From a virus (lineage: Duplodnaviria; Caudoviricetes): DNA of 64,000 nt. The notes beneath the pieces were generated by a model, which made no database searches, was not told the DNA's origin, and was given only the letters and a program-made list of their open reading frames with translations. The stretch's first letter is position 1. Each line of letters starts with the position of its first letter. The stretch is taken from the IMG/VR virus record IMGVR_UViG_3300021387_000796, positions 96,001 through 160,000 of that record; one strand, given 5' to 3'. Below are positions 31,045-43,644 of this stretch, in pieces. The translations under genes were made by a program, and so were the position numbers.

Positions 31045-31911
31045 TTAAAAAGCATCAATCATTCTCTGAATCTGCTTTCTGAAATCCTTTTCGTTATCGG
31101 CAAGTTTTTCTCTTGCAACTTCTGTTGAACCAAGTCCGTTACCTAAATCAACATCAGCATAAACCAAAAGTTCCTTCAAATCGATTGTAAGTATGAAAAC
31201 AATTGGCTCATACTCATTCAAAACATCAAAGTATTTTTCATCGTCTCCATCAACATCTTCCCATACTTTATTAACTTCTTTATAATATTCGTTATCTACT
31301 TTTTTGTTGGTAAAAGAGTATCCTGTGTCAATTGGTACGGTGAAATCGGCGATAGCAGAAATTTCAATATATCTGTCTTCATCACGTGATTCATCATCCC
31401 AATGTGATGATTCACCAAACAATCCACCTCTTGAATACTTCCATTTCTCATCAAGAATATTCATAAGTTCTTCAAGTGGAATAGCACCTTCGTATTCAAA
31501 AGATTCTTTAATTGATTTCTTTTCTTCTTTCATAGATTCCTCAAACTTGTTAAAATATTCTTCAATGTTAGAACTAATCATTTTATATGAATAATCAATA
31601 TCATATTTTGCAAAGTGCCAACTTCCAAGATGGTCGTCTGTATATGATGCACCATCTGTATAATGTCTTGTAATGTCTGCCCATCCACCTTCATCAAATG
31701 TAAAGAACAATCTTACAGGAAAATCATTGTTTTCAGCCACAATATAACAGTTATCTTGACCATAATCAGCCTTAAACCACCAATCCTTCTTGAACTCTTT
31801 TGTAAGATATTCAACCATTTTCTTGAGATTAATATGAATCAAGAAATAAGCATATAAGTCATCAGACCAATCTTCATCTCTCGGTTCAACTTTCCAATCA
31901 TATTTTGCCAT
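31045..31911 (-). CDS. two-domain acidic protein with an ESMKEEKKSIKE linker
   Basis: AGGAG RBS; TAACTAT at 31954-31960. Confidence 0.7.
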   Translation of the reverse strand: MAKYDWKVEPRDEDWSDDLYAYFLIHINLKKMVEYLTKEFKKDWWFKADYGQDNCYIVAENNDFPVRLFFTFDEGGWADITRHYTDGASYTDDHLGSWHFAKYDIDYSYKMISSNIEEYFNKFEESMKEEKKSIKESFEYEGAIPLEELMNILDEKWKYSRGGLFGESSHWDDESRDEDRYIEISAIADFTVPIDTGYSFTNKKVDNEYYKEVNKVWEDVDGDDEKYFDVLNEYEPIVFILTIDLKELLVYADVDLGNGLGSTEVAREKLADNEKDFRKQIQRMIDAF

Positions 31912-31953
31912 AAATTTATCTCCTAAATTGATTTTTTTAGTTTTATACATTAT

Positions 31954-31970
31954 ATAGTTAAATAACTATT
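31954..31970. promoter_or_regulatory. back-to-back TAACTAT motifs between divergent genes
   Basis: ATAGTTA-AA-TAACTATT. Confidence 0.6.
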
Positions 31971-31992
31971 TTGTGAAGGAGAATTATCATAA

Positions 31993-32220
31993 ATGTATTA
32001 TCAAGTTGTTGAAGAAAAATGCGGACAAGGAATTAAATCAAGATACTCAAAAAATCAAAGAATCAATGATGCTGAATTATCTAGTTTGATGAGTGATTTT
32101 GCACAGTATAAATTTGAAAAAATTAACACTTTAACAAAAATTAATTATAGATTTTATTATTATGATTTATTTGGTACAGAAATAAATTTATATTCTTTGA
32201 ATTTAAACAAAATCAAATAG
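31993..32220 (+). CDS. small hypothetical protein (AACTAT class)
   Basis: AAGGAG RBS. Confidence 0.55.
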   Translation: MYYQVVEEKCGQGIKSRYSKNQRINDAELSSLMSDFAQYKFEKINTLTKINYRFYYYDLFGTEINLYSLNLNKIK

Positions 32221-32301
32221 TCTTTGAAATATCCAAAAATCATCAAATTTTCAACAATAAAAAATTCGGTTGTTCTTTACATAAATTTATTCATAATGCT
32301 T

Positions 32302-35300
32302 TTAACTTTTGTTCACTTTTTCCCACCTTGCAACTTCTTCATCCGTGAGCCAATGCATAATACACACGTGTGCTTTACAATCTGAAGATTTATTTTCATC
32401 GATAACAGTAACCATTGCAGTAACACCGTTTTTCTTAATTATATCTCCAACTTTCAAATTGACCCAAGAGTTATTCACAGTAGATTCCATAAATTAATCC
32501 TCCTCTCTATCTGAAAACCGCATTTCAATATCACCGCTTTGATAATATACCTTATTCAAATATCCAAGCCAAAAATCGCCAACTTCTTCCCCTTTCTTCA
32601 AATCCCATGGTGATTTGAAATTAATGTTTGCGGTTACTCTTGTATCTGCGTGTCCATAATCAATGAGTTTACCAAGTTCATCATAAAGTTCTTTCACTGT
32701 CATTTATTCACTCTCCTTTGGAAGTACGATTTCTTTCCAAGCGATAACATCTTTTGATAAATGTTCATCTTCATACCCTTTGCTTTTTTCAACAAACAAT
32801 TTCACATCATCATTTATAAATGCTTTTTTGTAAAAACCTAAAACTATACGTTTTCTAATTTTTGTTTCACCACCAACTTCATAATAACAATTTACATAAA
32901 ATACCAGTTGTGTTTCTCCATCACATTTCGGAAGTTCACCCTTTGACGGATAATGCCATTCATTAGCCTTTTTATAGCCAAACTCTGCACCGTCTTTGAA
33001 AGCCTTGATATAATCTTCTTCTTTACTATGAAGATTATTTTTTATCCATCCTTCTGCTTCTTTTTCAAACATAATTTACTCCTAAAAATACGAAAACAAC
33101 TGTAGATTTATTCCCCATGTATTCCATAAAATAATCTTAAAACTTGAATATAAAGTAATAAAAATAAATTCTAATATAAAAATCAGCATAGAAACATATA
33201 TGACTTTCGTTACTTTATTTTCAATCGAAGAATGGCATATGAAACCAATTATAATACTTATGAATACCACACAAATATCAATAATGCTTGCGGTATAAAA
33301 TATTTTTTCCCACAACATCATTTATTCTTCCTCCACTGAACCACCAGAGCGAGCAAAGAAATCAGTATCTTCATAATCTAGTTCCTTTTTCATTTTGTTT
33401 AATTCATACTCAATCTCACTAATTAAATGTTCTTTAATTGCAACTTCTGTGTCTTCAGATTTCGATTTAATCTCTTTAAGTTTTGCATTAAAGAAATCTA
33501 TAAAGTCATAACCTGCTACATTTCCAACAAGATTGTGTGTTTCCCAACTTACTTCCATATTTTTCCTCCTTATAAAATACAGTCTCTTATTATCCGTTGT
33601 TTCAAAAGCGAGTCATATTCATCATATGTATCCCACTTTATCCAATGTTCTTCTTTTATTATTTTATGATGTCCTTTCCAATCGTATAACTCTCCTTCTA
33701 TCATGACTGCAAAATGTCCAAAGATGTCATCGTAATAAATATCACCTCCGAACCTTTCCTTTAGGATTATCGCAAAGTAGTAACAGTTGCCACTTAACCA
33801 TTCACAGTCAGTTTTGAATCTTTTATTTATAAAGTCTTCAATCATTATGTTCCTTTTCCAAAGTTTTATAAACCTTGTATCTCAACTTTTCATTCTCAAT
33901 CTGTTTCAAGACTAATTCATATTCCTTTTTCGCTTTATCACATTCCCATTGTGCTTTTTGTTTTTCGATTGTTTTGATTGAAAGATTCGTGCAAACAATA
34001 ACCAACATCAAAACACTACTTAATAGAATTGAACCGATTATTACACCATAAAGAATTTTCTTAGCCTTATCCATCCTTTACTCCAAAAAATAATATCAAT
34101 ACATAATTAAATGATAGCACGACAAGCATCAATCTGTCAAGTTAATTCTTATAATTAATTATCGATTTAATTTTATTATCGCCAACACAAAAATAATAAA
34201 CATGAAGATGGTTTCAAATGTGAAAAAATCTTTAATTTTGCCATTTTTATAATCATAAGATATGAAAAAATTTAAAATGAAAAATAAACTCACGCAAAAA
34301 GAAGCCATAATTAAATCTTCTAAATTAAAAACCCAACCTAGCAACAACATTAATGTTGGAATCAGATTCATCATTCTCTCTCCTTTTTGAAGTTTTATAA
34401 TACATTTCGACATCCAAATAGATAACATCTCTTATTTTATAGTTGTATAATCACATAACTCGTATTTTTAATCGCTCCACTTCCAAGATAATCTTATAGC
34501 ATCATTTATATTGATTCCGTGATAAACTAAAACATCTTCCAAATCAGAAGTTAGAGAGTTTGAGCAAGTAAGGTAATCTCGATTTGTATGTTTTCTTAAA
34601 CATTCATTTATAGAATCATTTAATGCTTGTGACAGATTTCCATATCCCATTTTTTCTAATCGCCATTTTATAGAATCTTTTATCCAACTAGAAAATTCTA
34701 CACACATTGGATTTTCAAGAAAATCACCTTCAAATGTTTTTAATGTACTACTCATGATTTTTACTCCTTTGGAAGCGCAACATCCTTTAAGAATTGCTCT
34801 GTTTCTTTAACTACTTTCGACTCTCTAACTTGCTCGCCATCTATGACTTCCAAAATATCAATCAGTTTTCTAAGAAGTTCTTTTGCTTTGTTTAACTGTT
34901 CTTTTTCATCTTGTGACATAACAACTAATTGTCGGTTAAGTTCTTGTCTGTCTGAAAGCATTTCTTCAACATTGTTATATAACTTATGAGTTGCAGTACC
35001 TTTCTTACGGAAATTTTCAAGTGTATTTTTTGAATCCTTATAATATTTAGGGTCTATAGGTTTCCATTCATACTTCTTTGTTGCAAGACTAAAGTACAAA
35101 TATAAAAGATACCCTTTTTCAAGACACTTTTTTGCTTCTAGTATAAGTTCTTCTTCAGTCATAGTTTCTCCTCCGCATAACCTTGATAACACTTAAGAAG
35201 TTCTTCCTCAATTTCCTTCTTACTTTTTTCTTTACCTGCTTTAAGTCCAGCAAGAAAGATATTCATAACTTTCTCTTTTCTTTCTTCTTCTCCAATATTC

Positions 35301-38300
35301 AAAGTAACAGGATAAATTTTGTAATAATATTCTTCTGCTAATTTTTCATCTGTCATTTTGACACCTCCATTCTTCTAGCAGTAATTTCATTGTTGCTTCC
35401 GCATTTTGTGCCATTGCTTTATTCAATACCTTTACTAAGGCATTTATTGACGCAGTTCTAGGAACATTTTTACGAGCCAGTAGACGTTGTAAATCTCTTT
35501 TGGCTTTCTTGTTTGCCTTTTCATATATAACTAAATATACATGGTGGTTTGCTCTGTTCATTTAACCAACCTCCTCTTTTCAAGACAAGAACAAGGAAAT
35601 GGTTTCCAATCAACAATGGTGACATCATTGGTTATATCACAGATAAAATCTCCACACTCTATATAAGTACAATGTTCACACAAGTCTAAGCACACTAGTT
35701 TTGGTTTTTCTTCTGTCATAATCTACTCCTTCAAAAACTGCTCTGCTTTTTCAACAAAGTCGTTAAGCATTTCTTTTGCTTCTTTGGCAAAGGGTCTAAC
35801 TTGACCTTCAAAGATGAACTCTCGTTTTGTACCCTCTATACCGATTCTCATGATTTCTTTTGCTTCGGTGAGTTTTCCCCATACCTCTGCACATTCCTTG
35901 TTACAAATTTGCTTGGAATACCATTTATTCTTTGCTTTCAATTCTGCGTTTTCATTTACAAGTTCAACAATCTTATTATGCTTCTCAATGTCACCATTAA
36001 GAAGTTTTTCATTATAGGCTTTTAATTCTGCATTTTCTTTTTCAAAGTCTGAAAGTTCTTTACAGATAATCTCAAACCCTTGTTGCAGTGTCGAGTCTTT
36101 AAGTGCCATAGAGATTGCACCCATAACAGATAAACGTGCTTCTTCTTTAGTCATTTTCTATTATCTCCCTTAAATCACATTTTTATCAAATTCTCAATGT
36201 TCAAATAATCAATCATTATCTATCACAAATCCATGTAATTCTTGCTTTACTCCAAAGTTTTTTATATTGTCTTGTTTTCATTTTTCCACCTTTTCCCAAT
36301 CTTCGAGTTCTTCATCTGAATACCACTTATGACCTGCACAAATATGTATGCGATATTCTTTATCAATTTCTGTAATCATGGCAGTGAGGTTACCGTTAGT
36401 GATTATATCACCGATTTTCAAATCAGTCCATTTAAGTTTCTTTTCTTCCTCTGGTTCTGAGATAAGATAGGCGAGATTCCATCTAATATTATCTATAACA
36501 AATCTTTTGACTGCATCATCAGATTCAATATCTTCCAAAACTTCAATATATCCATCTTTATCAACAAGTTGTCTTAAACTAAACATACTATCTGCAACAA
36601 TAACCTTACTTCCAATTTTCAACTCATCCGCATTCAATGCGGTGTAAACTTTACTTTTATCGAATTCCATAATTTTCACCCCTCAATCAATTCAATTGGT
36701 TCGTAAGAATAAGATTCTACTGTCCAATCAATATCATCCAAATCAGAATTGTAATTATCAAATTCTGATTCTTCGGTCTTACCTTTACAGTAAGATTTTA
36801 CAGTCTTTTCATCGCAAATCATAACACCATGATTGTATGTATGATTATCAATTGATACTTTAATTAGCCACGCTTTCTTCATAAATTACTCCCTTACATT
36901 CACGATACAGATTTCGAAGTTCCATATATTTTTTATACATTTCGTTTCGTTCATCTTCAGAAGGATGTTTTGCAATCCCATAACTTCCATGAACAATAAA
37001 CTTTAATCTAATCATTTCCCAATACTGTTCTTTGGTCATAAATTAATTCTCCTTTTTTAAAAATTGTTCAGCGTGTTGCAAAATAGTATGTGTATTTTTC
37101 AAAGCGAAGGTATAATCAGAATTCTCATTTTTAAGAGTATCCAACAATTCTTTTATAATTTCCTTCGCTTCATTATAAACAATGCCAGCACCTGCTCTAA
37201 ATCCAATCGCACATGCTTGTTCTTGTATATTTGTACACAAAGAACCTTCTAAACCATACACTTTTTCTGCATATTCTTCTGCTTTTTCTCAAACATAATC
37301 TTACTCCTTACAAGAATTCACAGTATCGCAGAATTCAAAATTTTTATTCATATCTGCATCATAAGAATACACGAAGGGAATAACCACAAGTTTATTTCCT
37401 TTATTTGCTTCTTTCATCGCAATCTGTTCGAGATTATCTAAATAAATTTCACCGTCAACTTGTGATACACAAATAATATCTTTATCAAAATCAATATCAT
37501 GCTTTTGAGCAAATACAATCAATTCATTTAATGTCATAAACATTCTCCTTCATTATCACATTCCGCAGAATCGTAACCTTCTTCATATCCAACTTGATGA
37601 ATATTGTAATAAACTTCATCTACAAAAGATTTTACAAAATCTCTGCACTTCTCAGTATCTTTTATATTAAGACTAATATTACAATAAAGATTTCTAACAT
37701 TATCATCGAGCCATTCTTTTATTTCTTTTTCACTTTCTGGATGCAATGTTCCCCATTTAATTTCATATTGTGGAAAATCAGAACAAACAAACTTGTCGTC
37801 TTTAATCATAATTATCACCTCCATTAATCACACAATAAAATTATAAATTGTTACTTCAAGTCCATACGCTCTTTTCTGTTTGTACGGTTCTCCAAGTACA
37901 CCCATTTTCATAAGACGATTGAATTCGGTCTTTGAAATTCTAGGTGTTAAATTACACCAATCTTTATGAAAAGACTGTGTAATCAATTGGTAACAACATC
38001 CGTTATCCATAATTTTATCTTTTGAAGAACATATAAATTTTTGTCTTGTGTTAGTTGCTCTTACTTCAACAATTTTACTATAATCCATAATTATCTCCTT
38101 AATCCGCAATAAAATATTCTTATCTATATGGTCTTTTTACAATTTCATCTTCATAATCCCATCTAAATTCAAATCTGCAACAATTTTCGCATTTCTCTTT
38201 ATTTACAGATTCATTATTTCTTCGATGAGGATTAAAACAATCATCGGCTTCTTTGCTATAATTCAAACAGTTTACAGTACAAAAATCTTCGCTTTTACAC

Positions 38301-38821
38301 TTTTTATATACTGCTTTCTGTTTATCTAATTCTTGTCCTAATGATTGTTCTAATTGACAGATAGAAACTTCTGAACGCAATTCAACTTCTCGTTTTCCGT
38401 TGTAACCACCTTTGAAAAATAATTTTAATAATTTAATTTTTGAAGGTTTTTTATAAACAGGAACCGAGATTGTGAACTTATCTTCTTCTTCCCCACTATA
38501 CATATGACTCAACTCGCTCCAATCGTGTTCCAAATCTTCAATTTTTTGTTCTTGTCTTTCTGCCCAATACTGTTGAGTTTTATTCATTATTTAATCTCCT
38601 TAATCTGCAATAAAATATTCCTTATGTTCATGGCATCCGTTTTCATCTTCCCAATGCTTTTCAGTACGATAACAAAGGATTTTATCTTTCAAGCCATGAA
38701 TATAATATTTTTCAATTACTTCATGTTTAGAAGGATATTCAACTGAACATGAAACACCTTCATGACGATAAACATTATTATCAAAATATTCATAATATTT
38801 CTTTGCAGATACCTTTTTCAT
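32302..38821 (-). CDS. long array of more than 20 small hypothetical early genes, many built from shared modules
   Basis: packed ORFs with AGGAG/GAGG RBSs downstream of the sigma70 promoter at 38870-38875. Confidence 0.6.
33570..33845 (-). CDS. small papain/transglutaminase-like Cys-His-Asp protein
   Basis: GNCYYFA, GHFAV, LYDWKG. Confidence 0.4.
   Translation of the reverse strand: MIEDFINKRFKTDCEWLSGNCYYFAIILKERFGGDIYYDDIFGHFAVMIEGELYDWKGHHKIIKEEHWIKWDTYDEYDSLLKQRIIRDCIL
37043..37296 (-). pseudogene. module-family gene requiring a -1 shift at G AAA AAG
   Basis: AGGAG plus ATG37296; one added A restores MFEKKAEEYAEK, paralogous to MFEKEAE (33072). Confidence 0.6.
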
Positions 38822-38902
38822 AAAGTTATTCTCCTCTATGTTTATAAATATATCATAGAAGAGATTGAATGTCAAGGAAAATTATTAAAAAATGTTAAAT
38901 AA

Positions 38903-38930
38903 AAATCCGCTCGAAATGGGAGCGGATTAA
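38903..38930 (-). terminator. terminator after recA
   Basis: AATCCGCTC/GAGCGGATT stem. Confidence 0.7.
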
Positions 38931-38949
38931 AATATTGTCTATAGTTTAA

Positions 38950-40104
38950 TTATTCGTTTTCTGAATCTTGTGAAATCACATCATTATCATTTGATGTTAC
39001 TTTCAAATCTTCAAGTTCTGCCTTTTGAGCATTAATTTCGTCTGTTTTATCTTCATCTTGCATTACTGTTTTTTCATCAGCACATCTATAAGCATTCAAA
39101 GTTTCTTCATACAATTTATCTTTGAAATCTTCATGTTCTTTAAGATATTTACAGAACGCATCCTCGCCTTGCCATCTATGGTCTTCAGTACAAGATTCTT
39201 TATTTGGATAATAGAACCAAGCACCACCTTTACTTACAGTTCCTAATTGAACTGAAGAACGAGCCAAATCAGTAATTTTATCGATGCCTTCACCATAACG
39301 ACATACTAGAGTACATTTACGATAAGGAACACCAACTTTATTTTTAGTAACTTTGAATGTGATTTCGTTACTTACTGCAAGACCATCTTCTTCCGTAACT
39401 TTAGTCTGTCTACGCATGGTAACTTGTTGTGAGAATGTAAACTCCCCGCTACGACCGACACTTTTTACCTCAGACGGGCCCATTCCCATAGTATTTATTG
39501 CTGACCTGACTTGTTCTATAACAAGAAGTGTACAATTGTTATCCGCACAAACACCTGCTAACTGTTTATAAGCATTACCTAAAATACGAGCCACCAATGC
39601 CATACTTACAGAAGAAATTTCTTCATCATTCGCCTTGGAAGGTGAAAGTGCCGAGGTAGAATCAAGTACGGCTATACCATAAATGCCACTTGCGATTGAA
39701 TCACGAAGTTTTGTTAATCCTTCTTCTGCACTTTTTGTTTGGTCAATAACAACACGGTCTAAATCTACATGAAGTGCCTTCAAATATGAAATATCCGTAC
39801 TCTGTTCAGCGTCATAAATGTACGCATAAAAACTTGGGTCTTTTCTCTGTTGTTCAGCAATAGTCATATAAGCAAGAGATGATTTTGCCGATGAGAATGT
39901 ACCATTTATTGCACACACACGACCAACTGCAAATCCAGAATTTAATGCAAGGTCGATTCCCATAATACCTGTACTATAGAACTTTACTTTATCAAGATTA
40001 TTGGCGGTTTTTACTGCTCCGCTTTCACCGTATTTTTTACTGAACGATTTGTTTAACTCGGCTATTCGTTTTTTCTTTTCTTCCAAACTAAGAACTTCAC
40101 TCAT
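38950..40104 (-). CDS. recA: RecA/UvsX-like recombinase
   Basis: STG...DLAL..G...GR, GTFSSAKS (Walker A variant), YDAEQS, VLDS, QVR, KNKVGVPYR, GAWF. Confidence 0.92.
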   Translation of the reverse strand: MSEVLSLEEKKKRIAELNKSFSKKYGESGAVKTANNLDKVKFYSTGIMGIDLALNSGFAVGRVCAINGTFSSAKSSLAYMTIAEQQRKDPSFYAYIYDAEQSTDISYLKALHVDLDRVVIDQTKSAEEGLTKLRDSIASGIYGIAVLDSTSALSPSKANDEEISSVSMALVARILGNAYKQLAGVCADNNCTLLVIEQVRSAINTMGMGPSEVKSVGRSGEFTFSQQVTMRRQTKVTEEDGLAVSNEITFKVTKNKVGVPYRKCTLVCRYGEGIDKITDLARSSVQLGTVSKGGAWFYYPNKESCTEDHRWQGEDAFCKYLKEHEDFKDKLYEETLNAYRCADEKTVMQDEDKTDEINAQKAELEDLKVTSNDNDVISQDSENE

Positions 40105-40199
40105 ATCTCTATATCTCCTTAAAAATAAGTTTTCACAATCATATCTAAATCACAACTAAAATTCAATACTAAAATGAAATTTCTTATTCATTTTCCTTT

Positions 40200-41697
40200 T
40201 TACTTCTCCATTATCTGAATTTTTACATTCGGTTCGCAAGGTAAATCACAACCCATACAAAAATGTTCTCCAAAGATTCTCATAAAATACCACAATTGAA
40301 ATTTACAATAACCTTCTTCATCAGTATCTAAAGTTGGCACATACTTATCATCGAGGTCGTGGTAATAGTTTCTATAAATTTCTTTACCTTTATCTGTAAG
40401 TTTTACCTTGATATATTCATTCAAATTGACATCTCTAAATCTGTCTTTCATTTTCTCAAACTCCATTTTTGCTTTAGATTTTGCAGATAAAAAATTATTC
40501 AATTGTTCTTCGTATTTACGAATTTCATTATTCAAAAAATTTTGATGTCGAATTGTATTTTCATAATCAATCCCTTCAATTTCAATTTTATCTTTACACT
40601 CGTTGTAATAAGGATGATATGTATTCTCAACATAAGGATTTGAATAAAAATGCACATGAATATTATCATCAAGTTTTACAAAATGTACAGATACAACATC
40701 AATATTCAGATAATCATCGTAAAAAGGTTTCTTTAGTTTATAAACTATATATTCATAAATATTTATACCGCTGATGTTCAAAATAGGTTCTACATTCATA
40801 CCATTTCTCCTTAATAAATATCATGTTTTACAATATGGTGTTGATTTTCCACAAACTGTTTCAATTCTTTCACTTTATCTAATACGGAATTTAATTTGTT
40901 ATTTTCAATGATATCTTCTAAATCAGATTTTATTTCTTGCAATATCTTACAACAATAATCTTTCAAAGAATCAATGTTACTTTCCAATTCCACGACTCTA
41001 TCTTCCAATTCGTTATTTTCAATTTCCAAATCAGTAACATAACCATCTACATCTTCATTATAATAACTTAGAGTAGTAATTATTTTATCTTCCACAAAAT
41101 TTACAACCTCATTGAAACATTCAGTCCTTTTCTTGCCAAAATTTTCTTCAATAAAATTGAATAGTTTATTTTCAATTTCTTTTTGTGTAATTTCTATATC
41201 AGCCATTTTTTAACTCCTAATATGTGCATTCATAGCAAGAATAACATTTATTCAATTCTTGTTCCGTTGGTTTCTTATTTAATATTTTACAACCACATTT
41301 GCATACATTTTCCCAAGGAAGTGCTATATGTTGTTTGCGGTCTACACCTATAACTAGAATATAATTTGAATAATCCTCTTTATTATCATCCATTTTTAAC
41401 CTCTTAAAAATATAAATATTGAAACTCGTAGTGAGTATGCCACAAATCAAATCTCATCAAATATTTCTTTTCATGATTGTCGAGCGTAGTATAAAAAATA
41501 AGACTTCGGCATTCATCCCATAAGAAATCTATGTCAAATTCGATTCGTTGTGTTAAATTTGATTCACTAGTCGATGTCATTTTTGCAACACGACCGATTA
41601 CCGCAGATAGATTATCATAAATATCTTGATACATTCGTTTTTCTTGAGGGTCATTTACTTTAATTATTTTGTATGTAAGTTTATCTAAAATATTCAT
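40200..41697 (-). CDS. four hypothetical proteins (40200-40799, 40811-41206, 41217-41392, 41404-41697)
   Basis: packed ORFs with RBSs. Confidence 0.55.
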
Positions 41698-41813
41698 ATA
41701 TACTCCTTAGAACAAACTTACAACTTTTTCTTATTGTTGACAATACTAAAACAAAAAAATCCGCCCATTTTTTGAACGGATTTGAAAAATATTATTGTTT
41801 AATCTGCATATTT

Positions 41814-42449
41814 TTAATCTATTGCTGAAAATAAGCATTCATTAATTGCATTTTTAGCAAAATCAAAACATTTAGATGTTACATCTTTTTTATAAATATT
41901 TGTGTGTGATTTTGGATAACGACCATCTTGTAACAGTATGTTTCTTACATGGTCGTAAAGAACTCCATTATCTTCACAAATTTGATTGAACATTGATGAT
42001 GTATTTACAATCGTTGAAAGCATATAGTTATCAAATAATTTTGCTAAACACGCTTCCATTGGTGATACTACATTATAGACTGTAGTACATTTATCTATTG
42101 ATTTTAAGTAATTGAGCAGTATTGGATTATCGGTTAAAACCCTTATATCAGCACCATCATTCTGCGATTCAGTCACATCAAATTCCAACCAATAATTACA
42201 CTTTGGGTGATTTTTGATGAAATTTGGTGTTATAGTTGAACGAATGGTTATATTATCTGTCCATTTACTCGCTGATTTTATAGCATTATCAGTATCTTTC
42301 ATTTCGGTACAAATTAAAGCAAGGTCTAATTTTTCATTTATGCTCATGTTATATTTTGGGTCTTCCACTAATATTTCAGCAGTACCTTTTTCAAGATATA
42401 ATTTAGTTGCTTTGCCGACCGTACCGAATCCATAAATTCCTATTTTCAA
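41814..42449 (-). CDS. short, divergent UDP-glucose/GDP-mannose dehydrogenase-like protein
   Basis: GIYGFGTVG Rossmann motif, IRSTI.P, EA.LAKLF.N, C-terminal SKCF; TTG start after GGGAG. Confidence 0.65.
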   Translation of the reverse strand: MKIGIYGFGTVGKATKLYLEKGTAEILVEDPKYNMSINEKLDLALICTEMKDTDNAIKSASKWTDNITIRSTITPNFIKNHPKCNYWLEFDVTESQNDGADIRVLTDNPILLNYLKSIDKCTTVYNVVSPMEACLAKLFDNYMLSTIVNTSSMFNQICEDNGVLYDHVRNILLQDGRYPKSHTNIYKKDVTSKCFDFAKNAINECLFSAID

Positions 42450-42462
42450 TTTTATACTCCCT

Positions 42463-43544
42463 TTATTCATCAAAATCACACAAACTTTCAGAGTAATCAT
42501 CGCCACCATAATAATCAGCACAAACATCTTCCGAATTCAGATATTCGTTCAATTCTTCTTCCGTATTAAAATATCGGTCATTTACACGATACTTTGGTTT
42601 GCTCAAAATTTCTTTTGCTGATTCATTGTTCGGATAATCCTTCAAAACTTCTTCTGCAATCTTGTGTGCAAATCCTTTATCTATTGTTCTTCCCATGATT
42701 TACTCCTTAAAACTTCTTGTTTTAGTTTCTTCATTATAAACATAATCTTTTCCAACAAGGCTTGAAAATATTTCACTTGCTGATTTACCTTCGTTCATCA
42801 TGTATTCGATGATATTCTGATTTTCTTTCTTGCAACGAAGATAACCCTCAATGTACAATATTATACCCAAATCATTCATATCCAAATCAGATTTTGCATT
42901 TGGATGAATCATTTGCATCATAGATTCATCTATTCCGTTTTCACCTAAAGATGTACTCATTGCGTTTTTAGCCAAAGCAATTAATTCAAGTTTATCACTA
43001 TCGGTCATAAATTACTCCCTTATTTATTCACCCATTCATTGAACTTGTTTTCAATTGTAGGATATTCAAAATCTTCATCAGCAATGATTTTTTCACATAC
43101 TGATTTTATTGTTTCATTATCATAAACACAAATGTTGTAATTCATTACATAAGATTCGCCACAATAATGGGGTCTTTTCAGATAAAAAGTTTCTTCAACC
43201 AAATTACAATTTTCATCATAGAAGTAAAATCTTCCGCTTTCTTTATCACCAAAAACAGAAGAAAGTTCCTTCTGAATATTCTTCACCATATGGTAAGGGA
43301 TTTTTCCACTAAATCCGCCATTCATAGAGAAAAAGATTGGAGCGTTACTGGCTTTTACAATCAACCACTTGTCAACATTTCCAAGTGGAAGTTCTTTAGC
43401 ATGGTCTACTACCCACTTGAGGGTTTTGTTTGAAGAAATAAGTTCATTTCTTTCTTCGAGTGTATATTTTGCAAGAGGTGGATTAACGCATTCTTCCAAC
43501 AAATCTCTTGCTACATTTACTAGTGTTTCTGAATATTTAGACAT
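42463..43544 (-). CDS. three hypothetical proteins (42463-42696, 42700-43008, 43020-43544)
   Basis: RBSs; promoter -35 at 43590-43595. Confidence 0.55.
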
Positions 43545-43644
43545 AAGATAATCTCCTTATGATTAAAGAATATCACAGATGATTTATTTTGTCAAGTAAA
43601 TTATTAAACTTTATAACTACTCCCAAAGGAGTAGTCTGTTTTAT

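Noticed and set aside
39880-39905. RecA Walker A variant GTFSSAKS as evidence of an inactive enzyme
   Set aside because: The Lys-Ser is retained and phage recombinases tolerate substitution at this Gly (T4 UvsX does).
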